Position numbers and translations under genes: made by a program. Below the pieces are notes generated by a model. It ran no database searches, was not told the origin of the DNA, and was given only the letters and a program-made list of their open reading frames with translations. A stretch of DNA of 63,828 nucleotides, counting the filler, from Octopus bimaculoides (taxonomy: Eukaryota): NCBI RefSeq assembly GCF_001194135.2. It is 5 parts of 5 records of this genome, joined end to end, with 100 filler letters (N's around TTAATTAATTAA, not from the genome) between each part and the next. Parts side by side here need not be neighbours in the genome. Positions count along the whole stretch, not along the records: positions 44,130 to 53,354 come from NC_068981.1; positions 53,455 to 61,184 come from NC_068994.1; positions 61,285 to 63,828 come from NW_026432119.1; 2 more parts are not named here. One strand, given 5' to 3'. Positions within the stretch are counted from its first letter, which is position 1. Every line of letters begins with the position of its first letter. Below, one piece after another: positions 53,201-63,828 of this stretch.

Positions 53201-53454
53201 TAAACGTTAAACTTTAGGATTTATCAGATATCATATTTAAAAATTTGGCAGAAAGAAATAAAAAAGAAGAGGCTAAATGGAGATGATCAAGATTCAAAGG
53301 CAAATCGTAAACGATTGTAAAAAAAGAGAACGAATATATTTTTTTTTTTTTTTTNNNNNNNNNNNNNNNNNNNNNNNNNNNNNNNNNNNNNNNNNNNNTT
53401 AATTAATTAANNNNNNNNNNNNNNNNNNNNNNNNNNNNNNNNNNNNNNNNNNNN

Positions 53455-53497
<43 letters not shown>

Positions 53498-53865
53498 TAC
53501 ACACACACACCTATACACCGCTTACGGTGAAAATGTCTGCTGTTATTTGGGATTTGTGTTGACTCAGCATTCGGTCTTTACAAGAATAGAAATGTAATAA
53601 TGTCTGATTAACAAAGTTTACTGATGGATTGGCCTTGCACAAAGATATTTTGGTGTGTTCTGGTATATGGGTTCGTGCGTGTGTGTGTGTCTGAGTGCGC
53701 GCGTGTGTGTATGTGTGTGTGTTATAAGGTGTTGTGAGTGGATACTTGTGGTGGTGTGTTGCAATGGGGTGTTGTGTAGTGTTGTTTGAAGATGTGCGAT
53801 AATGTATGGCGGCTTTGTGTCTGTGTCCGTGTCTTTGTTGAGATGTGTGTTATCTTTTATCTTTT

Positions 53866-54125
53866 GTCCTTTACTTGTTTCACTCAATTACACTGCGGCC
53901 ATGCTGGGGCACCGCATTAAGAAAAATTTTTAGTCGAACGAATCGACTCCAGTACATATTTTTTTTTTTTTGCTAATGTTTTTATCTTAAAGCCTGGTAT
54001 TTATTCAATTGGTCTCTTTTTGCCGAAACACTAAGCTATGGGGACGTAAACGAACCAACACCGGTTCTCAAGCAGTGTGTGAGTGCGTGGAGTAACACAG
54101 ACATGAACAGACACACACACACACA

Positions 54126-54162
<37 letters not shown>

Positions 54163-54506
54163 NNNNNNNNNNNNNNNNNNNNNNNNNNNNNNNNNNNNNN
54201 NNNNNNNNNNNNNNNNNNNNNNNNNNNNNNNNNNNNNNNNNNNNNNNNNNNNNNNNNNNNNNNNNNNNNNNNNNNNNNNNNNNNNNNNNNNNNNNNNNNN
54301 NNNNNNNNNNNNNNNNNNNNNNNNNNNNNNNNNNNNNNNNNNNNNNNNNNNNNNNNNNNNNNNNNNNNNNNNNNNNNNNNNNNNNNNNNNNNNNNNNNNN
54401 NNNNNNNNNNNNNNNNNNNNNNNNNNNNNNNNNNNNNNNNNNNNNNNNNNNNNNNNNNNNNNNNNNNNNNNNNNNNNNNNNNNNNNNNNNNNNNNNNNNN
54501 NNNNNN

Positions 54507-54543
<37 letters not shown>

Positions 54544-54720
54544 CATACATTCTCTCTCTCACATACATATATGACGGACTTTTAGTTTCCGTCTACCAGA
54601 TCCATTCACACGGCTTTGGTCGCGCTATAGTAAATAGCTATCGCCGTAGACACTCACCCAAGGTGCCACGCAGTGGGACTGACTCCGGAACAACGTGGCT
54701 GGGAAGTAAACTTCTTACAC
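53866..54720 (-). mobile_element. SINE family B spanning a (CA)n-bounded gap
   Basis: The left half ctgcggccatgctggggcaccgc...ggggacgtaaac and the right half tttagtttccgtctaccag...gtgccacgcagtgggactga flank the N run. Confidence 0.85.
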
Positions 54721-54807
54721 AAATTTTAGTGAGCGATCAGAATTGTAAAGAAATATTTTGGCGTGTTTCATCATATACAGTGTTGTGTGGTAATATATAT
54801 GTAAATA

Positions 54808-54842
<35 letters not shown>

Positions 54843-55503
54843 TTCTGCGTGGTATTGTGTAAAGGTTGGTGGAGGGTTTGCGGAACATAGGATAGTGTTA
54901 TATGTTGTGGGTTGCCGAGGTGTGTTATGTCAGCTGATTAACAAATTTTAGTGAGGGAACGTTCGTGTGGCGAATGTATTTTATTAGCTTCCTTACGGGA
55001 TTGAATATCCCTCAAGTATATTTGAACTGATAATAACCTTTTATTTATACACATCATTGATGCCACACAGAAGCAAGTTTGAGCGCCTCTGTAAAACGGG
55101 GATTCAAGAGAAGAAGATAAATGGTAATGGTGAAAGTTGAAAGAAAAGAGCAACAACACTTGCAACTATTCCAGGAGGTGGACATCTATAAACCAACGTA
55201 TATGGAAAAAGAGATACTTCTTTCAGCTTAGCAGTCTAGATTGTTATTAATTTTGAAACGACAGAAAAGAAAGGAAAAATGAAATATCTTGTCTTCTGCA
55301 GTAAATAATATTTTATAGAAACATATACGTGCAAAACATACAAATACACACATACGACTATAACTGAGATACGAATATCCTCATATACACACATACATAG
55401 GTACGTTCCTACGTACAGATATAAATACACGCATGCATCCAACTATATACACAGAAACACACACAAATATATGTGTCGGTAAGTATATAATAATAACAAT
55501 GAA

Positions 55504-55564
<61 letters not shown>

Positions 55565-56334
55565 GTAATAATAATAATAATAATAGTTTCATTTTATTTG
55601 AGTATAAATATTGGAGTATACCATATTAAACTCATCCATCATACATATATATCTCTCTCTTTCTCTATCTATCTATCGATATGCAAAAGTATACCTATTC
55701 ATATATGCGCAATATACACCCGTTCACGTGCATGTACATACACAGACATGCACACAGACTCACATACATACACTCACCCACACGCACGTGTACACACCGA
55801 CAGAGCAAACATGCTAGCAAAAATGTACACTTACGCACCAATAACACTTAAGTGTTATCCGAATAACACTTAAGTGGGAGAACACTTTAGGTTCAGTGCA
55901 ATACATTAGGAAGGCAGAATCATAGAAATTTAAGGTGAACATTCATTCCGTGACGTGCAAATATCCTTGGTTAAAGACAAAAACTACTTACTCGAGATTC
56001 TGCGTGTGTGGTAGCACACCATAGGACAAGAGGTGGTCGGACGATGTTAGTTATCTGGTTTACTGGTATCAATAATTGCTAGGCTTTCTTTCAATACAAC
56101 TGGAGATATATCTTTCTCCGTTTATCTGTGTGAGTTATTGCATAGTATTATTTATTACCGAAGAAGTCTTGCTATAATTCATCGCCTCTTCATTCAAAAT
56201 TCATAACACTATGAGAAGCATCGCTCTTTGGGAGATTTTTCTCTTGGCTGATGTAATATATATTATGTCGTGATTTGATTATCGTTTGTATTTTATCTTT
56301 TATTCTTCTTTGTTTTACTTGTTTAAATTTATCT

Positions 56335-56522
56335 TCTATGTTTACTTGTTTCAATTAGACTGCGGCCATGCTGGTGCAGCGCCTTGAAGTGTTTTAGTTG
56401 AACGGATCGCCCCAGCACTTATTTTTTGTTTAAAGTATCGTACTTACTCTGCTGGCTTCTTTTGCCGATCCATTTAGTTACGGGGACATAGACACACCAA
56501 ACACTGGTTGCCAAGTGGTAGT

Positions 56523-56574
<52 letters not shown>
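56335..56574 (-). mobile_element. SINE family B 3' half, ending in (CA)n at a gap
   Basis: tttacttgtttcaattagactgcggccatgctggtgcagcgcc...ttacggggacatagacacaccaa. Confidence 0.8.
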
Positions 56575-57294
56575 NNNNNNNNNNNNNNNNNNNNNNNNNN
56601 NNNNNNNNNNNNNNNNNNNNNNNNNNNNNNNNNNNNNNNNNNNNNNNNNNNNNNNNNNNNNNNNNNNNNNNNNNNNNNNNNNNNNNNNNNNNNNNNNNNN
56701 NNNNNNNNNNNNNNNNNNNNNNNNNNNNNNNNNNNNNNNNNNNNNNNNNNNNNNNNNNNNNNNNNNNNNNNNNNNNNNNNNNNNNNNNNNNNNNNNNNNN
56801 NNNNNNNNNNNNNNNNNNNNNNNNNNNNNNNNNNNNNNNNNNNNNNNNNNNNNNNNNNNNNNNNNNNNNNNNNNNNNNNNNNNNNNNNNNNNNNNNNNNN
56901 NNNNNNNNNNNNNNNNNNNNNNNNNNNNNNNNNNNNNNNNNNNNNNNNNNNNNNNNNNNNNNNNNNNNNNNNNNNNNNNNNNNNNNNNNNNNNNNNNNNN
57001 NNNNNNNNNNNNNNNNNNNNNNNNNNNNNNNNNNNNNNNNNNNNNNNNNNNNNNNNNNNNNNNNNNNNNNNNNNNNNNNNNNNNNNNNNNNNNNNNNNNN
57101 NNNNNNNNNNNNNNNNNNNNNNNNNNNNNNNNNNNNNNNNNNNNNNNNNNNNNNNNNNNNNNNNNNNNNNNNNNNNNNNNNNNNNNNNNNNNNNNNNNNN
57201 NNNACATTATCTGGATGAAAAATTGTAAGTTCCTCAATTTTTCCTCGGGAAAAAATAAGTTTTAAAATATTACTCATGTCACAGAAGTAAACTT

Positions 57295-57506
57295 TCCTAC
57301 TCTAGACACAAGGCCCGAAATTTTGGGGGAAGGAGCCAGTCGATAAGATCGACCACAGAATTTCACTTGGTACTTAATTTATCGACCCCGAAAGGATGAA
57401 AGGCAAAGTGGACCTGGGTGAAATTTGAACTCAGAACATAAAGATGGATGAAATATCGCTAAGCATTTCGCCCGGCGTGCTAACGATTCTGCCATCTCAC
57501 CGCCTT
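57295..57506 (-). mobile_element. SINE family A, near full length
   Basis: tctagacacaaggcccgaaattttggggg...ggtacttaatttatcgaccccgaaagg...cggcgtgctaacgattctgcc.tctcaccgcctta. Confidence 0.9.
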
Positions 57507-59444
57507 AGGTTACAGAAGTAAAGTTTAAAAGAAATAATAGCCATTTTATGTATTTTTCACCAGAAACAATTAGCAAACAGCACTTATTTCTCGAGAATAA
57601 GAAGTGTGCTACGCAGTCTTATTATAAGCTTGAAATTATTATAGAATGGACTTGAATTAAATCTTAACATTTGAATTTTATTTCATTTAGTTCAATATTA
57701 GAAATAAATATTCTTTAATTCAGCGGCTTTTATAGTTAAAACTGCTGCAGCGATATAAATTGCAAATGTATAGTTAACATGTAAGAGTTTGGTTTTCAGC
57801 TAAAACAATTCCGTGTTTTAAACTTTAGCTTCATTCTTGCCAACTACTTGAAACTACAGATCAGCAGAAGTTGTTTGAAGGAATAGCATTGCATATCGTC
57901 GAAACATCACATTTATATTGTTAACAATTTCCAAGAAAAATGGAAACAAAAATATGATTGAAAGAACTTCGAAGCATTTATAAGAACCATAATAAATAGC
58001 GACGTTAACTTAAACCAAGTCGCATTCATGGAACCGCCATCCCCTGTTTATTTTCTCAAAGAATTCTGAGAAACACGGAAACAAACAGATTATTGAAATA
58101 GCTGTGTAACATTCATAAGAAAGATCGAAATAAATAAATATTAAAACAATTTAGATGGCAAGTTATTGGAATATGAAAGGGAAACGAAAACATTAAGTGA
58201 AATATATTTTAATTATTTATAAGAAAGATCGAAATAAATAATGAAGTAATTTTATGAAAGGAAAACGCAAAAATTATTGAAATAACTTTGAAACATCGAA
58301 AACGATAAAAAAAAGTGGAATGGGAGAAAAGCTTTGATTTTTCTCTTTAAAATTATAATTGCTCTAATCCAAAGATAAAATTATAATTGCTTTAAAATGC
58401 AAACAACGAAAGACGAAGTGGCGAGCAGAAGTGACAAAGAGAATATAGACGCAAACGCTGGAGATGGAAAGAAAGAGAAGGCGGGTACACAGCGAATGAA
58501 TAGTATTGCATAATGTTGAGTGGTGTGGGTTTTTCAGTAAAGATGGTGTTTTCCTATTAAAATATATTAAAACTGGAATTTTAGAGATTTTACTATCATT
58601 TTTATATTGATCCAAATGGTTGTTTAAAGTTTTGAATGCATTTATGGACATATTTGCATTAGAATATCATTATAATAACGATTCATTATAACTAAATTGA
58701 AAGAGATGCATCTGTTGAATATTATCTTTGTTTAGTTGTTGCTTCGCATCTCCCCACCTATGTCATGCTGATTGAGCGGGATTATGATAAAAAGTATTCT
58801 AGTAGTGACCATCCTATTTGCTTTTGTATATCTTGAACTGCATTACCCAATGTGTTCTTCGTTTGTTAGTATGATACGATGTAGAAAATTTTGCTGCTAT
58901 TTCTAGCAGATTGAGCGACCTTCTCATGCGATTTACATGGATTTCGACTATTTTGCATTTGATATATATACATATATATATATAACGTAGTGAGAATCGA
59001 AAATATACTTAAAAATATAATGTGCTGACAGCATTAGTCAAAGATTGATATTACTCCAATCTTTGTAGCAAGTAGAGGAGACAACTTCAGTACTGTTACG
59101 GTGTTATTGGACCACATGAGCGAAGGTATAGGCTTCGCAGAGCGTGCATATTAGTGATGAGAGTACACTATGTGGTTGAAGATATTCTAAAATCCACATA
59201 AGTTTACAGATGGCGATAAGTTCGCTTCAAGCTGTTGCACGTTTCGCACAGGTTCACTTCTGCCGGCCATTACTTGGAGTAACGATAGGCAGGAGTGAAA
59301 AGCGGAAGAGGCAGGGAGTGGACGAGGCGTTAATTTTAGACATTTGTTCGGTGCACAAAAGAGCCAGTTAAATAATACGTAATATATAATACGTAAATAA
59401 TAATACGTAAATATATAATACGTATTATAATACGTAGATATAGG

Positions 59445-60560
59445 CTTCTAACTTTAGCACAAGGCCAGAAATTTGGAGGGGGGAGGGGAGGGGTAAAGTC
59501 GATTACATCGACCCCAGTAATCAACTGGTACTTATTCTATCTAACCCGAAAGAATGAAAGACAAAGTCGAACGCGGCGGAATTTGAACTCAGAACGTAAT
59601 GTTGGGCGAAATGCCGCAATGCATTTTGGCCGGTGTGCTGACGATTCTGTCATTTTGCCGTCTCCAAAGATAACTCTGTATACATCTCAGAAACACAGAG
59701 GTGCATATGATAAAGCAAAGAATTGTTGGAAACATGATAACACTAATCAAATAATTCTTTTTAGAGGAGAGGGAAACCGATTTTATATCAGAACGTAAAG
59801 AGCCGGAAGAAATGACGCTAAAGACTTTTGTCCTGCCCACAAACGAGTCAGCCAGCTCGACACCATATGAAACCTAAATATTGGTTTAAAATTTCGGCAC
59901 AAGGTCGGCAATTTCGAGGGAATGGATAAGTCGATTACATTGACTTTCAGTGCTCGAAAGGTTGAAAGGCAAAGTCGACCACTGGAACATTTGATCTCTG
60001 AGTATAAAGTCTAAAGAAATGCTGCTAAACATTTTGTCCGAAAGTGATAACGATTCTTCCAACTCGCCGCTTTATAAAAGCTAAATATTTGTTTCAAATT
60101 TTGGCAGAATGCCAGCAGTTTTGAACGAGGGGCAAAGTCGACTAAATCGACCCCAGTTTTCAACTGGTATTTATTTTAGCGAACCCGATAGGATGACAGA
60201 TAAAGCCGACATCAACATTATGCAAATTCAGAAAGTAAAGAAGGACAAAATGCCGCTAAGTATTTTGTCCGACTTGGAAACGTTTCTTATTTCTTTATTG
60301 CCCACAAGGGGCTAAACATAGAGGGAACAAACAAGGACAGACAAAGGGGTTAAGTCGATTACATCGACCCCAGTGTGTAAGTGGTACTTAATTTATTGAC
60401 CCCGAAAGGATGAAAGGCAAAGTCGAGCTGGGCGGAATTTGAACTCAGAACGTAACGGCAGACTAAATACCACTAAGTATTTCGCCCGGCGTGCTAACGT
60501 TTCTGCCAGCTCGCCGCCTTTCTGCCAACTCGCCGAAACGTTTCTGCCCTCTCACTGCCT
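59445..60560 (-). mobile_element. Cluster/array of about five SINE family A units and fragments
   Basis: Repeated aaagtcga...gaactcagaacgtaa...ctaacgattct.cca.ctcgccg units at about 59445, 59780, 59880, 60085 and 60290. Confidence 0.9.
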
Positions 60561-60885
60561 TATAAAACCTTAATATTGACAGGTAGCATCATTTACAAGA
60601 ATGTAAGGTGTTAAATAACTAACTAAATAAATAATTCAATAAATAAATAAATGTGTCTGTGAGCGGAGTTTAATAAATATGGTCACCAATTGTGTTTTAT
60701 AGTAGAAGAGGTGGAATAAATTTTGAAATGGCAGCTGTTTGTATAGGTGTGCACGCGCACGTGTCTACATGATGATCGGTGTATGTGTATATAAAACACA
60801 AGTTTATATATGCAACTCTGCATATTTTACATATGTGTATGAGTCTGTGTATATGACAGATGAGTGTACAAACACACACACACAC

Positions 60886-60963
<78 letters not shown>

Positions 60964-61284
60964 ATCTATCTATCTACCTATCAATATTTAAATATACATA
61001 TATTGTACATGTACATGTGTGGGAATATGAATTTATTATTCATCTTACCGTGATTGGCAGAGCCAAATTGGAGTACAGTTCTAACCGTTCTAGCTGACAG
61101 CAGTCGCCACTGTCTCCTGTCCCTTGTTCTCATGCTTTCACACACACCAACGCGCAAACATACACATACATGTTTATAAATAAANNNNNNNNNNNNNNNN
61201 NNNNNNNNNNNNNNNNNNNNNNNNNNNNTTAATTAATTAANNNNNNNNNNNNNNNNNNNNNNNNNNNNNNNNNNNNNNNNNNNN

Positions 61285-62130
61285 CAGAAACAATTGGCAA
61301 TATCACTGAGCTAAATGACATAATATATGCAGCAACCACTGCAGCCACAAAAGAAGCAGGATACTCCCTTAAACCCATCCAAACAGGAGTTCCACCACCC
61401 AAACAAACCTTGTGGATAAATAATATCCAAAACAAGACCAAAGCCTCCCCACCAGAAATTACCAAAAACATATAATGGAAAGAAGCATAACAAGTAACTG
61501 CAGAATATGTGGAGATGGACAAGAAACACTAAATCATATTATCTCTGACTGCCCAGTCCTGGCTAAGAAGGAATATGTTCACAGACACGACAGAGTTGGG
61601 ACCTACAAACACTGGAATAACAGAAAAAAGATGGTATAAGCACACGCCAGAAAAGGTCACAGAAAATGAGAAAGCAACCATACTCTGGGATACGCCAATA
61701 CACACAGATAGAGAAATTAAGGCCAATAGGTCAGATATAGTTGTCAGAGATCATGAAGAAAAAAAATGCTTTCTAATTGATGTATCAATACCAGCAGATG
61801 ACACCGTTTCCCTAAAAGAAATGGAGAAACTTTCAAAATTGGAAATAAAGGTAATTCGAATGTGGAATCTAAAAACAGAAACAATTCCTATCATAGTGGG
61901 CACATTAGGTATGATTAAAAAATATTCAGACAAATACATAACAAAAACACCAGGACTTACAAGTATATATAACATACAGAAAATTGTACTACTGGGCACT
62001 GCACACATCTTACGCAAAGCACTTTCAATACAGTAACCATAAGAGCATCACAGCAAACCACAGCACATACCCAAGGCACACAGAGCTGCGCTCAGTAGTG
62101 AAGTGAAAGCACGCTATAAAAATAAAACTA
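61285..62130 (+). mobile_element. R4/Dong-type LINE with apparent internal deletion of the RT; CCHC finger, RLE and 3'UTR retained
   Basis: NITELNDIIYAATT...LWINNIQ is joined near 61435 to QDQSLP...CRICGDGQETLNHIISDCPVLAKKEYVHRHD, then ANRSDIVV...IDVSIP...IQKIVLLGTAHILRKALSIQ*. The 3'UTR ends in aataataataagaagaag. Confidence 0.85.
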
Positions 62131-62559
62131 CTGAATAATAATAAGAAGAAGAAGAATGATGGTGGTGGTGCTAGCGACACAATAATGATTATAATTGTAA
62201 CCCAAACACTGACTGCAATGACAGAAATACCAATCGTGTTATTTGCCATTTTAATAGTGTTGATTGTAGCATTCAAGTAGCCACTATTACCAGTCATGAT
62301 ATTGTCTCAACTTCTTCTGCATCTAAATATTTTAGCTCTGTATGTAACAGTACTAACCACCCTTATAGCAGTAGTAATATCAGGAATAGCAAATTCTGAT
62401 GATGGTGCAGCCAAACGGTATCGATTCTAGTGCAAATGTAACTATTAATGATCATAGTAACTTCCACCATTTTAATAGTAGTGCTAATTCTGGTAATGAT
62501 AACCCCATTGTCTCTTATGTAACCTCAGATAATTTGTACAAATCTGTTGAATCTAACAA

Positions 62560-63040
62560 TAATAGTCACTCTCTATGGTCTTTGAATAACACTAGAAGTA
62601 CTATTGGCCATAAATCTCCTAATTTATGTAATTGTAAAAACAAATTTCTATGTTCTCTAAATAATTCATGCCTAACTAAAAGTTTTATGTATAGATGTGA
62701 CGTAATAACTAACATGAGCACTTTTACCTACATTGGTTCTATTTCTTGCAGATTCAAGCAGAGATTATATAACCATTCTCATCCTTTCAACAATCATAAT
62801 AAGTCTAAGGTTAGATCACTCATGGAAAAAAATTTAGTAATTAAAAGACAAAAAAAAATTAAATTCCAAATTACCTGGAGTATAGTAAAAGATGATAGGT
62901 GTGGGTTCACCTTTTGCTGTGCTGAATTATGGGAAATATTTAAATGTCCAGGTAATATTCTTAATAAGTATAATGAAATTAGGGTGAAATGCTCGCATTA
63001 TATTAGAAACACATTTTCATATTTTAAACCAGTTACCTAA
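62560..63040 (+). mobile_element. Penelope-like GIY-YIG endonuclease domain (inside ORF 62399-63040)
   Basis: CNCKNKFLCSLNNSCLTKSFMYRC...TYIGS...FKQRLYNH...ITWSIV...ILNKYNEIRVKCSH matches the CNC..CL..Y..YIG..R..H..LN..E..C.H pattern. Confidence 0.8.
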
Positions 63041-63410
63041 TTCACTTAGAATAATACTTCCTGGCTTTTATTTATCCATACTCTCAAACGTAGTTATGTA
63101 CATTATTTAAGGCTTTAAGTATTGGTTGAGTGATATGTTACATTGTGTCATCAGCCTCCTGGTTACACATTCTTGTAGTTGTTTAAAACATTTATATTCT
63201 ATAAATGGTGAAATATCTAATAGTCCAGTGTATGACTTCCAGGCTCTCCATCTATGATTTCTTATATCATTTCTTTATATAATGTTATTTGGTTTATATC
63301 TCTATATTTTATATAACTATATGTAGGGCTGTGTATGTGAGGGAGTGCTTTGTGTGTGTGCGCACACATGTGCATGTGTAAAAGTATGTATATGTATGTA
63401 GAAGTATGAG

Positions 63411-63710
63411 GAGGATGACCCCTTCGGTCATGACTGGCCATGGGATTGCACCTAGAAAGTTACTCACCAAGGCACAAGTCTGGGCAAGGTTGTTTATGGA
63501 AGACTAGCAGTCGCCCATGCATACCAGCCTCCTCTCTCCACGCCACCAATGTTATCCAAGGGAAAGGCAAAGGCTAATACAGCTTGGCACCAGTGACGTC
63601 GCAACTCATTTCTACAGCTGTGTGAACTGGAGCAGTGTGAAATAAAGTGTCTTGCTCAAGAACACAACATGCAGCCCAGTCTGGGAATCGAACTCACAAC
63701 CTCATGATCG
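63411..63710 (-). mobile_element. SINE family C, head truncated
   Basis: Homologous to 13549-13830: cctagaaagttac...ggcacaagtctgggcaaggtt...gaaataaagtgtcttgctcaagaacacaac. Confidence 0.85.
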
Positions 63711-63828
63711 GTTAAAATGGCTTATTGATGTGTTTTGTTTCTGTTTTTTCCCTGATAAGATGATTACATTGTTTTATATCATTTTATTCCCTCAGGGATA
63801 ATACCAATGTTTTCTTCGAAACATATGT

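Overview
This is AT-rich, gap-riddled eukaryotic (animal) DNA, dense in microsatellites and transposable elements. The tRNA-derived SINE families and (CA)n/(TA)n/(AAT)n load resemble octopus sequence as I recall it; this is an inference, not a search result. No host gene can be confidently identified, and nearly all long ORFs in the track are microsatellite or N-gap artefacts. What the sequence supports is a set of decayed mobile elements: L1/Tx1-type LINE pieces (an ORF1 with a CCHC knuckle at the window start and a 2-kb ORF2 RT/zinc-finger fragment), at least six R4/Dong-type restriction-like-endonuclease (RLE) LINE fragments that mostly abut (TAA)n runs, a CR1/L2-type RT fragment, three Penelope-like RT/GIY-YIG fragments, a Chapaev/CMC-like DDE transposase remnant, a Helitron-like derivative with 23-aa STPR-type repeats, a ~600-bp foldback palindrome and four SINE families, two of them in head-to-tail arrays. 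The least expected signals are two type-I hammerhead-ribozyme-like folds (1614-1709 on -, 5604-5650 on +, the latter between direct repeats 357 bp apart, retrozyme-like) and repeated same-site insertion patterns. I see no convincing new multi-gene system. Coordinates were read by eye and element boundaries are approximate.
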